Shown one piece after another: positions 12,470-22,529 of a stretch of DNA of 64,000 nt; positions within the stretch are counted from its first letter, which is position 1; each line of letters begins with the position of its first letter. The notes under the pieces were generated by a model. That model was not told the DNA's origin and made no database searches. It saw only the letters and a program-made list of their open reading frames with translations. Made by a program: the position numbers and the translations under genes. The stretch is taken from contig CAZBBK010000027.1 in NCBI GenBank assembly GCA_964490075.1, positions 1 through 64,000 of the forward strand. The letters run 5' to 3'. Source of the stretch: an uncultured Gemmatimonadota bacterium (GTDB taxonomy: Bacteria > GCA-2686955).

Positions 12470-12567
12470 GGGTCGGCGAAGAAACAACTCCCGTGTTTGC
12501 ATCCCATCTGCACCGCGTCTCCGGCACATCTGGGCGCAAACCCGGGGAGCTATTTCTTCGCCGACCC
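12470..12567. mobile_element. 98-bp palindromic MITE-like element (family B)
   Basis: GGGTCGGCGAAGAAA ... TTTCTTCGCCGACCC perfect 15-bp terminal IR, extending to 21/23, with further internal pairing; intergenic. Confidence 0.7.
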
Positions 12568-12676
12568 GTACGAGAATATCTCGCACCCCACGGACAGCGT
12601 GAGGGAAATCGCCGCGCGCTGACGGGAGTGCCGGGTTCGCGATAACCCTTCGCGCCGACAAGATCCCGGCACCGCA

Positions 12677-12685
12677 TGGTATAGT
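12677..12685 (+). promoter_or_regulatory. Candidate extended -10 promoter (TGGTATAGT)
   Basis: TGn-TATAGT about 48 nt upstream of ATG 12733. Confidence 0.4.
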
Positions 12686-12732
12686 CCGCCGAAGCTCGAA
12701 CCCCAACGCGAAGCAGCCAGCTCGAGATTCCC

Positions 12733-13797
12733 ATGTCCCCACGGTCCGAGAGCAGTCGAGGTCGGCACTTTGTCTTGGGCGCGCTGTGCTGTACGGCCCT
12801 CGCGCCCGGGCAGGCCGAGACAGACTCGCTCGTGGACGGAATGGAACGCGGTGGCGCACCGAGCTTCCATCTCGGCGAAGGGATCCAGTTTGGCGACTCC
12901 GGCCTGCACATCGGTGGCTTTACCACCGTCGAGCTGATCACCCAGGCCGGGGAGCCGACGGAAGTCGAGGTCGAGGGCTTGAACCTGCTCGTCCTCTATC
13001 AGCCTCACCAAGCCTTGCGGGCCTTCCTGGAGCTCGAAATCGGACCGCTGCTCGTCCTCGATTCCGAGAGCTGGGAGGTCACCACCGACATCTCTACCAC
13101 CGTCGATCGGCTCTTCGCCGATTGGGGCATCCTCGACGCCCTCAATCTGCGCCTCGGGAAGTTCCGCACTCCGATCGGCCGCTGGAACCTGGTTTCCGCC
13201 GAGCCTTTCGTCTGGACCGCGTCGGAACCGGTGCTCGTCGCCCGGGCCTTCGACGAGATGCAAAACGGATGCATGCTCTTCGGCACTCTCTACCCTGCAT
13301 CCAAGGTGCTGGGGTACACCGTTTACGGCCAGCTCTTCGATCCCCTGCAACCCGACAGCACCCCTCCCCCCGCCGATCGCGGCATCGGGGCGCGTGCGGA
13401 GATCGGCACCACCCTCGACGAATGGTCGCTGGCCGGCTCGGTGCTGGCGTCGAAGCGCGGTGCCGACCGGCATCTGCTGCTCGGGATCGATGGACGTTGG
13501 CGCGACGGGAAGACCGAGATCACGGGTGAACTGGCCTGGGCCAATGGCCAGATCGAAGAGCGAAGACTCTGGGGAGTCTATGTGCAAGGGGTGCGCGAGA
13601 TCGTGCCGCTGCTCAATGCTGTCGGTCGTTTCGAGCACTTTGCTCCTCGCGAGAGCACCCATTCGAACATCGTCGACTTCGGCTTCGCCTGGCAACCCAA
13701 ACCTTTCCTCCTCACCAAGATGAACTACCGCCTGGTGGATCACGCGGACGAGGAGGCGATGCGCGGACTCAATGGGTCGATCGCGCTGCTCTTTTGA
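12733..13797 (+). CDS. Outer-membrane porin-like beta-barrel protein
   Basis: Signal peptide, LRLGKFRTPIGRWN motif, alternating beta-strand pattern, C-terminal Phe. Confidence 0.75.
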   Translation: MSPRSESSRGRHFVLGALCCTALAPGQAETDSLVDGMERGGAPSFHLGEGIQFGDSGLHIGGFTTVELITQAGEPTEVEVEGLNLLVLYQPHQALRAFLELEIGPLLVLDSESWEVTTDISTTVDRLFADWGILDALNLRLGKFRTPIGRWNLVSAEPFVWTASEPVLVARAFDEMQNGCMLFGTLYPASKVLGYTVYGQLFDPLQPDSTPPPADRGIGARAEIGTTLDEWSLAGSVLASKRGADRHLLLGIDGRWRDGKTEITGELAWANGQIEERRLWGVYVQGVREIVPLLNAVGRFEHFAPRESTHSNIVDFGFAWQPKPFLLTKMNYRLVDHADEEAMRGLNGSIALLF

Positions 13798-13804
13798 AAC
13801 GCTG

Positions 13805-14230
13805 GTGCGACACCGAAGCGCCGCATTGGCGATCTGGCTCGGCTCGTGCCTGATGACCTCCGCGATCGCCGAGGAGCGCGTCGCGGTCATCGTCCATCCC
13901 GGGCGCGAGGTCGAGCTGAACGTTGCCGAGACCGCGCAAATCTACCTGCGAAAACGCCGGTTCTGGAGCCAGGGAGAGCCGCTGATCCCGGTCAATCGCA
14001 ACGCTGACAGCAAGGTACGCAAGCTCTTCTCGCGCGTGGTCTTCGGTGAGCAAGCCGGCCGTCTGCGGACCTACTGGAATCGTCAGTACTTCCACGGTGT
14101 GTTGCCCCCGGCCACGCTGGCCTCCGACCAGGCGGTCCGACGATTCGTCGCCAAGGAGCCGAACGCCATCGGCTATGTCGATGCCGCCAGCGTCGACTCC
14201 ACGGTGCGCGTGGTGCTCTACCTCGAGTAG
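13805..14230 (+). CDS. Small periplasmic phosphate-binding-protein-like (PBP2) protein
   Basis: VAVIVHP, IYLRKRRFW, YWNRQYFHG..PP, FVAKEPNAIGYV; typical partner of this porin type. Start approximate. Confidence 0.8.
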   Translation: MRHRSAALAIWLGSCLMTSAIAEERVAVIVHPGREVELNVAETAQIYLRKRRFWSQGEPLIPVNRNADSKVRKLFSRVVFGEQAGRLRTYWNRQYFHGVLPPATLASDQAVRRFVAKEPNAIGYVDAASVDSTVRVVLYLE

Positions 14231-15025
14231 AAGGCAATGGTTGCGCGCGAAAACCGTTGCGGCGGCGCGCGCGCGGGCAGCGCTCACATAGAGCCCACCG
14301 CCGTCTTTCGGGCCCGAGTTGTCGGTGATGACGCAGCGCAGCAGGGTCGGCGCCGCACCGTCCTCGGCGTGCACTCCGGCGCCGAAGTAGTCGGCGCGGT
14401 TGCGCGCCACTTCGACATCGATCAACCGCGGAGCCGATGCTCCAAAGGCGGCGACGCCGCCGCCGAACTGCGACGAGATGTTGTCGGTGATCCGGCAGTC
14501 GAACAGCAGGGGCGAGGCATCGTCGCAGTAGACCCCCGCTCCTTTGCCTCCATCCAGCCACAGGTGCGCGCCCCGCACCTGGTTGTCGCGCAGCACGCAG
14601 TGCTCGATGGTGGGCGCCGCCCCCGACACGAAGAGGCCCCCGCCAGCGGTGCTCTCGCCGCCCATCGGCCCCAGGTCGGTGACGGTGCCACCGCCTCCGG
14701 TCAGGGTGAGCCCGGCGAGCCGCGAGCCCGGCCCCTCGGCTCGAGCGAAGCTCACCACGCTGCCCCCGCCCGCGGCGTCGACCACGGTCGCGGCGACCAG
14801 CGCGGAGTCGCCGGGATCGGTCCCGGTCAGGGTGATCGCCTTGCCCAGGAAGTCGAGGGCTTCGAAGTAGGTGCCGGGGGCGACCAGCACGCTGTCGGCG
14901 GGGGCGGCGGCATCGATCGCCGCCTGAATCGCGGCGAAATCGCCCGGGACGTGGAGCGTGGCGGCTCGGGCGGCGGCCCCGGCGAACAGAGCCAGTCCCA
15001 TGTAGATCAACGGGTTGCGCATCAT
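14231..15025 (-). pseudogene. 3'-truncated beta-helix-family protein
   Basis: Signal peptide, VPGDFAAIQAAIDAA..APGTY, GTDPGDSA motif. Homology stops at VFARNH; the ORF then runs antisense through the PBP gene with no family C-terminus. Confidence 0.8.
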
Positions 15026-15162
15026 GGCGTGGCACTTTTCCCGGCGCCGAGCACCCCTCGCTCCCGACTTCCATCATAGCCCCGCCAACGCCCAGGCGCG
15101 CCACCTGCGTTAGACTTCGAGGTTCAGCAACCGATCCGAGAGCACCCACCGGAAAAAGCGTC

Positions 15163-16683
15163 ATGATCCGCGAGCAACTCGTCCCCGTCCTGCCCCTCGT
15201 CCTCTGCATCGCCCTGCCCTTCACCGCCAACGCCGACGGCACCTGGGAGATCTCCGCGAGCGTCAACGAACTACACATGCAAATCGACTTCCTCGACTAC
15301 GACCTGGGCATCTCCGGCGGCACCAAGGACGGCATCGGCGCCCGTGTCCTCAAGACCGAGAACGGCGGCTACGGCTGGCGCAACACCTTCGACGATCAAA
15401 CCGCTCTGGTCGGCATCACCGGAGCGGCCTGGGACGGGGCGCAGAATGCCTATGCCTCGGGCGCCGGCTGGGTGCTCGGCCCGCAATCGGTGTGGCGCTC
15501 GAACGACGGCGGCGAGAGTTGGAGCGGCGTCTGGGGCCAGAGCGCCTTTTCCTGGTGGACCACGCTGCAGGTACCCGAAAGTGACGTCGTGGTCGCGGTC
15601 GGCTACTGGACCCAGCTCTTGGTCACCAAGTACGGCATTCTCTACTCCAACAACGGCGGCAACTCCTGGACGAAGCGCAAGTGGAGCTTCAACAACTACC
15701 CCGACACCGCCTGGCCGACCTGTCTCGACTTCCTGAACCGCGACGAGGGCTTCATCGCCGGCGGTCGCTGGCCCTGGGACGCCGCGGCCACCCATCTCGG
15801 TCGTCCTTCCGGCAGCGAAATGCAGCCCGGCATGATGGCGCCGCTGACACCGGAGTGGGAGGCGATGGTCGAGGTCACCAGCAACGCCGGCCGCAACTGG
15901 ACCACACTTTTCCAGCAGGCCGGGTGGACCGTGACCGACATCGATTTCGTCAATCGCAACGAGGGCTGGATCGTCGGCTACTACAGCTACACGCCCGATC
16001 AGACCGGTCCCTATCTGGGCCATATCTTCCACACCACCAACGCCGGGCAGAGCTGGACCGAGCAGAGCTACGCCAACTCCAGCCAGGTGGCGCTCTTCAA
16101 CGTGCAGATGTTCAACCCTCGCGAAGGCTGGGCAGTGGGGCACAACGACGGCGCCGCCAACCAACGCGCTCAGCTCTACCACACCCTCGATGGCGGTGAG
16201 AACTGGAACCTCTCCACCTACCATGTCAACTGCGATCCACGCGGCATGGACTTCGTCGACGAGAGCGAAGGCTGGGTGAGCGGCTTCTACTCGTCGAGCC
16301 AGGGGCGCTACCTGCACTACTCCGATCCCGCCCGCCGGCCTACCCTGGCCCTCGATGTCACCGAGGACCACGTGAACGCGGCGCCGGGCTCGACCCTGAC
16401 CTATCATCTCGAGGTGGAAAGCCTGATCGGGCAGAACCAGACGGGCGACGTCTGGCTTTCCGTGACCAGCCCCGTGCTGCACGCCCTCTCCCCCTATCCG
16501 GTGCTGCTCCAGAGCAACACCACGATTCCGGGGGGCGCCCAGGCAACGGTGGCGATTTCGGTCGATCTGCCCCCCAACACACCCCCCGGGCTCTACAATT
16601 TCGAGACCATCGTCGGCCCCTTCGAGACCCAGGATCCGACCGCCCATCTTGGCTACGCCGGCTTCGACGTGAGCGTGCAATAG
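15163..16683 (+). CDS. Secreted YCF48/BNR (Asp-box) beta-propeller protein with C-terminal Ig-like domain
   Basis: Repeated (S/T)xD/NGGxxW boxes and DFxxxxEGW motifs; signal peptide. Confidence 0.85.
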   Translation: MIREQLVPVLPLVLCIALPFTANADGTWEISASVNELHMQIDFLDYDLGISGGTKDGIGARVLKTENGGYGWRNTFDDQTALVGITGAAWDGAQNAYASGAGWVLGPQSVWRSNDGGESWSGVWGQSAFSWWTTLQVPESDVVVAVGYWTQLLVTKYGILYSNNGGNSWTKRKWSFNNYPDTAWPTCLDFLNRDEGFIAGGRWPWDAAATHLGRPSGSEMQPGMMAPLTPEWEAMVEVTSNAGRNWTTLFQQAGWTVTDIDFVNRNEGWIVGYYSYTPDQTGPYLGHIFHTTNAGQSWTEQSYANSSQVALFNVQMFNPREGWAVGHNDGAANQRAQLYHTLDGGENWNLSTYHVNCDPRGMDFVDESEGWVSGFYSSSQGRYLHYSDPARRPTLALDVTEDHVNAAPGSTLTYHLEVESLIGQNQTGDVWLSVTSPVLHALSPYPVLLQSNTTIPGGAQATVAISVDLPPNTPPGLYNFETIVGPFETQDPTAHLGYAGFDVSVQ

Positions 16684-16726
16684 CCGCGCTCGGACCCACA
16701 ACACCACCATTACGGAGGAGACCTCC

Positions 16727-18382
16727 ATGGGTCGCAACGCAGGAATGGCGCCCGAGATGCGCGAAATGGTGCTGGAGACGCTCGACGGCGTGCTCGAGCG
16801 CGACTATCCGGACGAGCTCCGACTCGAGCTCGACGCCGGCGAGCAGTTTCCCGAGGCGCTGATCCGCAAGATGGTGTCGCCGGAGTTGGGCCTGCACCTG
16901 GTCTTTCTTCCCGAGTCGGTCGGGGGACTGGGCGGGGGAGCGCGCGACATTTGCGCCTTCGCGGAGCGCATGGCCACGGCCGACGTGGGGCTGGCGACGG
17001 CTTTTCTCGGCATCTCGCTGGGCACCGACCCGATCCTGGTTGGAGGCACCCAGGCGCAGAGTGAGCGCTGGCTCTCGCGAGTCGCGGAAGAAGGCTCGAT
17101 CGTGGCCTACGCGGTCACCGAGCCGGAAGCGGGCAGCAATCTCTCGGCCATGCGCATGACCGCCGATCCGATCACCGATGCCTCCGGCGTGGTAACCGGC
17201 TACTCCCTGAACGGCACCAAGCAGTTCATCACCAACGGCGGCGTCGCCGACCTCTACACGGTGCTGGCGCGGGCGCCGGGAGGTCCGAGCTTTTTCGTCG
17301 TCGAGAGGAGCGCGACCGGGCTCGAGATCGGCAAAAAGGAAGACAAGCACGGGATCCGGGTGTCGGACACTACGGCGCTGGTGTTCGAGAACGTCGAGGT
17401 TCCGACCGACAATCTTCTGGGCGGCGTCGAGGGGCAGGGACTGGCGCAGGCCAACAAGGTATTCGGCTACACGCGGCTGATGGTCGGGGCGTTCGGGCTC
17501 GGCGGGGGACGCGGCGCCCTGGAGCGTGCCGTCAACTACGCCAAGGTGCGGGTGCAGTCGGGCTCGACGCTGATCGAAAAGCAGGGCTACACCTTCAAGC
17601 TCCTGGTTCCGAACTGGATCGACCTGGCCGCGGGCCGGGCCTATATCGACGAGATCGCGGTCCGGCTGGACGCCGGCGAAAAGGCGTTGCAGGTCGAGGG
17701 CTCGATCGCCAAGCTGTGGGCCACCGAGGCGGCCAATCGTGCCGCCGACGCGGCGGTGCAGGCGCTCGGCGGCTACGGCTACATGCGCGAGTACATGGTC
17801 GAGAAGTACCGCCGCGACTGTCGCATCCTGACGATCTACGAGGGCACCAGCGAGATCCAGCAGCACATCATCGCGCTCTACCGCTGGAAGGAGACGGTGC
17901 GCTCCAAGGGCTCGTTCTACGAGGAGCAGGCGGACGCTGTCGGCGCCCTGCACGAGTCCCATCCCGAGGTCGGTGCCGATCTGACGGCGGCGGCGCTGCG
18001 CGGGCTGAACCGAACGATTCAATACTGTCACCGGTCGAAGCTGACTCGCCACCAGACGGTGATGCTTACTCTGGCCGACGTGATGGCGCTGAGCGAGGTG
18101 GCGGCGGCGTTCTGCCGGCACGCCGCCGCGCAGGCCGAGGGCGATGGGACGGAGGCCGGAGTCCTGGCGGCCGCCAGCCGAGTGCTGGCCCGGCGCGCGC
18201 TCTCGCAGATGATCACGGCCGCGTCGACCTGCGCCACGGGGTTTCTGGACGGAGAGGACGAGGGCGCTTCGGCGGGGGTCGAGGAGTTGCTGTGCTCGGT
18301 CCGCGAGGGCCACGATCCGGCGCGGCTCGCCGGGGCGCTGCTCGACATGGGAGCGATCGCGGAGCTGCTGCGTTCGGACTGA
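16727..18382 (+). CDS. Acyl-CoA dehydrogenase with C-terminal helical extension
   Basis: AVTEPEAGS, LNGTKQFITNG, KEDKHGIR, GGYGYMREY, IYEGTSEIQ; GGAGG RBS. Confidence 0.95.
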   Translation: MGRNAGMAPEMREMVLETLDGVLERDYPDELRLELDAGEQFPEALIRKMVSPELGLHLVFLPESVGGLGGGARDICAFAERMATADVGLATAFLGISLGTDPILVGGTQAQSERWLSRVAEEGSIVAYAVTEPEAGSNLSAMRMTADPITDASGVVTGYSLNGTKQFITNGGVADLYTVLARAPGGPSFFVVERSATGLEIGKKEDKHGIRVSDTTALVFENVEVPTDNLLGGVEGQGLAQANKVFGYTRLMVGAFGLGGGRGALERAVNYAKVRVQSGSTLIEKQGYTFKLLVPNWIDLAAGRAYIDEIAVRLDAGEKALQVEGSIAKLWATEAANRAADAAVQALGGYGYMREYMVEKYRRDCRILTIYEGTSEIQQHIIALYRWKETVRSKGSFYEEQADAVGALHESHPEVGADLTAAALRGLNRTIQYCHRSKLTRHQTVMLTLADVMALSEVAAAFCRHAAAQAEGDGTEAGVLAAASRVLARRALSQMITAASTCATGFLDGEDEGASAGVEELLCSVREGHDPARLAGALLDMGAIAELLRSD

Positions 18383-18394
18383 CTCGGGGACCCC

Positions 18395-20119
18395 ATGGCG
18401 CACTACGATCTCGACTGTCTCTTCGTCCACGTTCCCAAGGCCGACAACCACTATCTGCCTCTCGGCGACTTCTTCAACATCACCTACATGCCGATGGGCC
18501 TGCCGGCGCTGGCGCGGTGTATCGAGGACCACGGCCGGCGGGTGGAGATCTGCCACCTGGGGGTCGAGTGGCTGGCCGATCCGCGCAGCAACGTGGTCGA
18601 CATCTACCAGGGGCGACGCATCCGCGCCATCGGTCTGCCACTCTACTGGCACTACCAGGCATACGACACCATCCAGGTCGCGCAGGCCCTGGCCCGGGCC
18701 CACCCGGAGGCCTTCATCTTCCTCGGCGGGCTCAGCGCCGGTTATTTCGCCGCCGAGATCGTCGGCCGCTACCGCTTCGTCGACGCGCTGGTGCGCGGAC
18801 ACGGCGAGGGGCCGGTCGTGGATCTGGTCGAGGCACTTTGCGAGGGTGGTGATATCGGAGAGGTGGAGCACCTGGTGCTGCGCGATCCGGCGAGCGGCCG
18901 AGCGGTCGAGCCCGGGTCGAAGGGACGAGCTCCGGTGCCGCTGGACGAGCTGGTGTTCGCCGACCTGAGCACTCTGCGGCATGCCGAAATCTACGCCAAG
19001 AGCTTCGGCTTTCCGCTGGCCTATTCGCGCGAGCTCACGCCCGCCGAAAACCGCGCCATGCTCAGCATGGGCCGTCCCTTCTTCCCGCTCTTCGTCGGTC
19101 GCGGCTGTCCCTGGTCGTGCACCTTCTGCGGTGGCAACCGCGGCACTCTGGCGAGAGTGAACGGAACCGCGAAAGCAACCTGGCGCTCCCAGGATCGGGT
19201 GGTCGACGACATCGTTCGGGCGCGGGAGCTCGGCTACCGGACCATGGCGCTCTGCTTCGATCCGACTCCGACCCGCGACGACTACTACGTCGAGCTGTTC
19301 CGAAAGGTGCGCCGGGCACGGATCGACGTCGACCTCTACTTCGAGTGCTGGGGGTTGCCGACCGAGCGCTTCATGAACGAGTTCCGGCGCGCCTTCCCAT
19401 CGCCGGAGTCGTACGTGGCGCTTTCGCCCGACGCCGGCGACGAAGAGGTGCGAAAACGCAACAAGCAACCGTATTACAGCGACGCCGAGCTGTTCCGAGC
19501 TCTGGAGACACTCGACGCTTCCGAAGTGTCGGCGGATGTCTTCTTCACCATCGCGCTGCCGGGAGAGCGGCTGCCGCAGGCGAGACGGACCGCCGCGTTG
19601 AAGCATCGCATCGCTACGTCGTTCCGGCATGCACGGCGGGTCATGACCTGGACGGTGCAGCTCGAGCCGGGCTCGGCCCAGTTCGAGCGCCCGGCCGAGC
19701 TGGGCATGGTGACCGACCGGACCTGCTTCGACGACTTCTACCAGGCCCACGGCGGGCGCCGCGCCGACACTTACTCGTCGCTCGGATTCAAGATACTAGA
19801 TTATTTCGGTGACGAACGTGACCAGGGCGACATCGCCGACTTCGAGCGACATATTCAGCACCTGAAGTGCATGGAGCTCTGCTTCCTGGCCAAGGATCCG
19901 CGCCAGTGGAATGCCCCCGAGGCCGGGCGCCTTCACTGTCTGGAGCGGCGGGTCGATCTGGCGCGGCGTCGCGGGCACGACGCTCCGGTGCTGGAGATCG
20001 GCCGAGACGTCGACTACGAGTCGGCCTTGGCGGAGGAATCGAAGCTGCGCGGGACCCGGCCACGACAGCGCTGGGTCGCGGAACAGGATGTCTCGCGGGA
20101 GGGGGAAAGAAGGGCATGA
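18395..20119 (+). CDS. Cobalamin-binding-domain radical SAM enzyme
   Basis: GRGCPWSCTFC (CxxxCxxC); N-terminal PMGL..LGG..A..RGHGE B12-binding-type domain. Confidence 0.9.
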   Translation: MAHYDLDCLFVHVPKADNHYLPLGDFFNITYMPMGLPALARCIEDHGRRVEICHLGVEWLADPRSNVVDIYQGRRIRAIGLPLYWHYQAYDTIQVAQALARAHPEAFIFLGGLSAGYFAAEIVGRYRFVDALVRGHGEGPVVDLVEALCEGGDIGEVEHLVLRDPASGRAVEPGSKGRAPVPLDELVFADLSTLRHAEIYAKSFGFPLAYSRELTPAENRAMLSMGRPFFPLFVGRGCPWSCTFCGGNRGTLARVNGTAKATWRSQDRVVDDIVRARELGYRTMALCFDPTPTRDDYYVELFRKVRRARIDVDLYFECWGLPTERFMNEFRRAFPSPESYVALSPDAGDEEVRKRNKQPYYSDAELFRALETLDASEVSADVFFTIALPGERLPQARRTAALKHRIATSFRHARRVMTWTVQLEPGSAQFERPAELGMVTDRTCFDDFYQAHGGRRADTYSSLGFKILDYFGDERDQGDIADFERHIQHLKCMELCFLAKDPRQWNAPEAGRLHCLERRVDLARRRGHDAPVLEIGRDVDYESALAEESKLRGTRPRQRWVAEQDVSREGERRA

Positions 20120-21261
20120 AAGAGCGACTCTTCGTGGTCGACTGCACGCTGCGCGAGGGCGATCAGACTCCCGGTGTGGCGATGCGGCCCGATGCCAAGC
20201 TGCGCATCGCACATCTGCTCGACCGCGCCGGTGTGTCATTGGCCGATGCCGGCATGCCGGAGATCGGTTCCGAGGAGCGCGCCTTCCTGCGCGACGCGTC
20301 CCGTGGCTGCTCCTCGATGGTGGTGGGAGGATCGGTGCGCTGTCTGCCGCGCTCGGTCGAGCTGGCGCTCGGCTGCGAGCTGCGCGCGGTGTTCGTGATC
20401 TGTCCGATCAGTCGGCGCCACCTGGAGGGGCGCATAGGAGCCTCGCTCGATCGCCTGCTGGGCGACCTGGAGCGTTGCGCCGAGCTGGTCTCCGGCGCCG
20501 GCGCCAGTCTCGAGGTGGTGGCCGAGGACGCCACCCGCGCCGATCCCGACCAGCTCCGTGCGCTGGCCTCGGCGGCCGCCGACCTGGGTGCGGCGCGTGT
20601 CTACCTGGCCGACACGGTCGGCTGTCGCACTCCGGGGCAGATCGCGACGCTGGTGACGGATCTGAGCGAAGTGGTCACGGTGCCGCTGGGCATCCACTGT
20701 CACGACGATTTCGGGCTCGGGACGGCCAACACGCTGGCGGCGATCGAGGCCGGGGTGCGCTGGCCCACCGCCACCGTGAACGGCATCGGCGAGCGGGCCG
20801 GCAACGCGTCTCTGGAGGCGGTGGTGTGCGCGGCCGAGCGTCTGCTGGAGATCGACAGCGGAGTCGATCCGACGCTGCTGCCGGAGCTCTCCCGGGTCGT
20901 GGCGTCGGCCAGCGGCATGCCGGTCGCGTGGCAAGCGCCGATCGTCGGTCGCAACGCTTTTCGCCACGAGTCCGGAATCCACGTCGACGGAGTGCTGAAG
21001 GACCCAACGAGCTACGAGGCCTATCCGCCGGAGTGGGTGGGGCGCGGGCGCAGCTTGGTGCTCGGCAGACACAGCGGCCGCGCCCACCTGCGCGCGCTGC
21101 TCGCCGAAATGGGCTACGAGCCCGACGCGGTTCACGTGGAGGCGGTGCTGAGCGCGCTGCGCACCGAGGCGCTGGAGCGTGCCGCACGGGCGCCCGGCGA
21201 GGGGGTCTCGCTCGACCGGCTGCGGGAGATCGTGCGCGCCTGCGGCGAGGAGTGCGCGTGA
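20116..21261 (+). CDS. Homocitrate/isopropylmalate synthase-like DRE-TIM metallolyase, no regulatory domain
   Basis: DCTLREGDQ, HCHDDFG, GIGERAGN, HESGIH, LGRHSG; ATGA overlap with the rSAM gene. Confidence 0.9.
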   Translation: MKERLFVVDCTLREGDQTPGVAMRPDAKLRIAHLLDRAGVSLADAGMPEIGSEERAFLRDASRGCSSMVVGGSVRCLPRSVELALGCELRAVFVICPISRRHLEGRIGASLDRLLGDLERCAELVSGAGASLEVVAEDATRADPDQLRALASAAADLGAARVYLADTVGCRTPGQIATLVTDLSEVVTVPLGIHCHDDFGLGTANTLAAIEAGVRWPTATVNGIGERAGNASLEAVVCAAERLLEIDSGVDPTLLPELSRVVASASGMPVAWQAPIVGRNAFRHESGIHVDGVLKDPTSYEAYPPEWVGRGRSLVLGRHSGRAHLRALLAEMGYEPDAVHVEAVLSALRTEALERAARAPGEGVSLDRLREIVRACGEECA

Positions 21262-22529
21262 GCAGGGGGCGCACGCTGACCCGGCGCATTCTTGAGTCGC
21301 GCGCCACCGGCGAGGGCATCGCCGGCAGCGACTATTTCGAGGTCGAGCCCGACCTGGTGCTGGGCCACGACGCAACCATCGCCCTGATCGTCGACCGCAT
21401 CGCCGCGGCGGGAGGGCGGCTGCCAAATCCGGAGAAGCTCTTTCTGGTGGCCGATCATTTCGCCCCGCCCTCCACCGTCGACCGGGCCAACATCCTGCGC
21501 AAGTTCCTCGACTTCGCCGAGCAGACCGACTCCGGCGAGCTGCATCTTTTTCAGGGGATCTGTCACCAGCTCCTGGTCGAGAGCAAACGTTGCGTTCCGG
21601 GCACCCTGATCGTCGGCGCGGACTCCCACACCACCATGGCCGGCGCGCTGGGCGCCTTCGCCTGCGGCATGGGATCGACCGACATTTTGGCGGTGCTGCT
21701 CACCGGCCGCACCTGGCTGCGGGTGCCGGCGGCGCTGCGGGTGGTCTTCGGCGGCCGGATGCCGGCACATCTGCGCGGCAAAGACCTGGCATTGCGGTTG
21801 CTGGCGCTGCTCGGCGAGGGCGGTGCGGGCTACCGCTCGCTGGAGTTCGAGGACCGCAGCGAGGGGCATGGAATTCCGATGGACGGACGCCTCACTCTCT
21901 CGAACATGGCGGTCGAATGCGGGGCCAAGAACGGCATCTGGATCCCCGACCGGTGCACCCGCGACAGTTTCGAGGCGCTCGGGGGGATCTGGCCGGAGGG
22001 TATCGAGCTGCGCCCCGATGCCGATGCCGACTACGAGCGCGAGATCGAGGTCGGTCTCGGCGACCTGGAGCCGCAGATCGCCCGCCCCTGGTCTCCGGCC
22101 AACGTGACGCCGGTCGCGGGGGCGGCCGGCACCAAGGTGCACCAGGTCTTCATAGGCTCCTGCGCGGGCGGGCGGCTCGAGGAGCTCGAGGATGCCGCGA
22201 CAGTGCTGCGCGGGCGGCGCATCCCTCGGCTGCTGAAGGTCGTGATCACACCGGCCTCGGTCGCCGTCTACCGCGAGGCGCTGCGCCGCGGCTGGATCGG
22301 CGACCTGATCGACGCCGGAGCGGTGCTGACCAATCCCTCGTGCGGCGCGTGCGGCGGCATCGACAAAGGACTGGTCGCAGCCGGCGAGGTATGTGTGTCG
22401 ACCTCCAACCGCAACTTCCGCGGGCGGATGGGCGATGTCGATGCCGAGGTCTATCTCGCCAGCGGTTTGAGCGCCGCCGCCGCCGCTCTGACCGGGCGCA
22501 TCACCGATCCGCGCGAGGTGCTGCGATGA
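21258..22529 (+). CDS. leuC: 3-isopropylmalate dehydratase/homoaconitase family large subunit
   Basis: DH, GICHQ, GADSHT, IGSC, CGACGG, STSNRNFRGRMG; GTGA overlap. Symbol denotes family only. Confidence 0.9.
   Translation: MSRGRTLTRRILESRATGEGIAGSDYFEVEPDLVLGHDATIALIVDRIAAAGGRLPNPEKLFLVADHFAPPSTVDRANILRKFLDFAEQTDSGELHLFQGICHQLLVESKRCVPGTLIVGADSHTTMAGALGAFACGMGSTDILAVLLTGRTWLRVPAALRVVFGGRMPAHLRGKDLALRLLALLGEGGAGYRSLEFEDRSEGHGIPMDGRLTLSNMAVECGAKNGIWIPDRCTRDSFEALGGIWPEGIELRPDADADYEREIEVGLGDLEPQIARPWSPANVTPVAGAAGTKVHQVFIGSCAGGRLEELEDAATVLRGRRIPRLLKVVITPASVAVYREALRRGWIGDLIDAGAVLTNPSCGACGGIDKGLVAAGEVCVSTSNRNFRGRMGDVDAEVYLASGLSAAAAALTGRITDPREVLR

Noticed and set aside
16358-19750. 1130-aa minus-strand ORF and other long antisense or alternate-frame ORFs (e.g. 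38775-41177, 57714-60182, 5648-7297, 61841-63643)
   Set aside because: Shadows of well-supported genes in high-GC DNA; low-complexity or antisense-type composition with no motifs.
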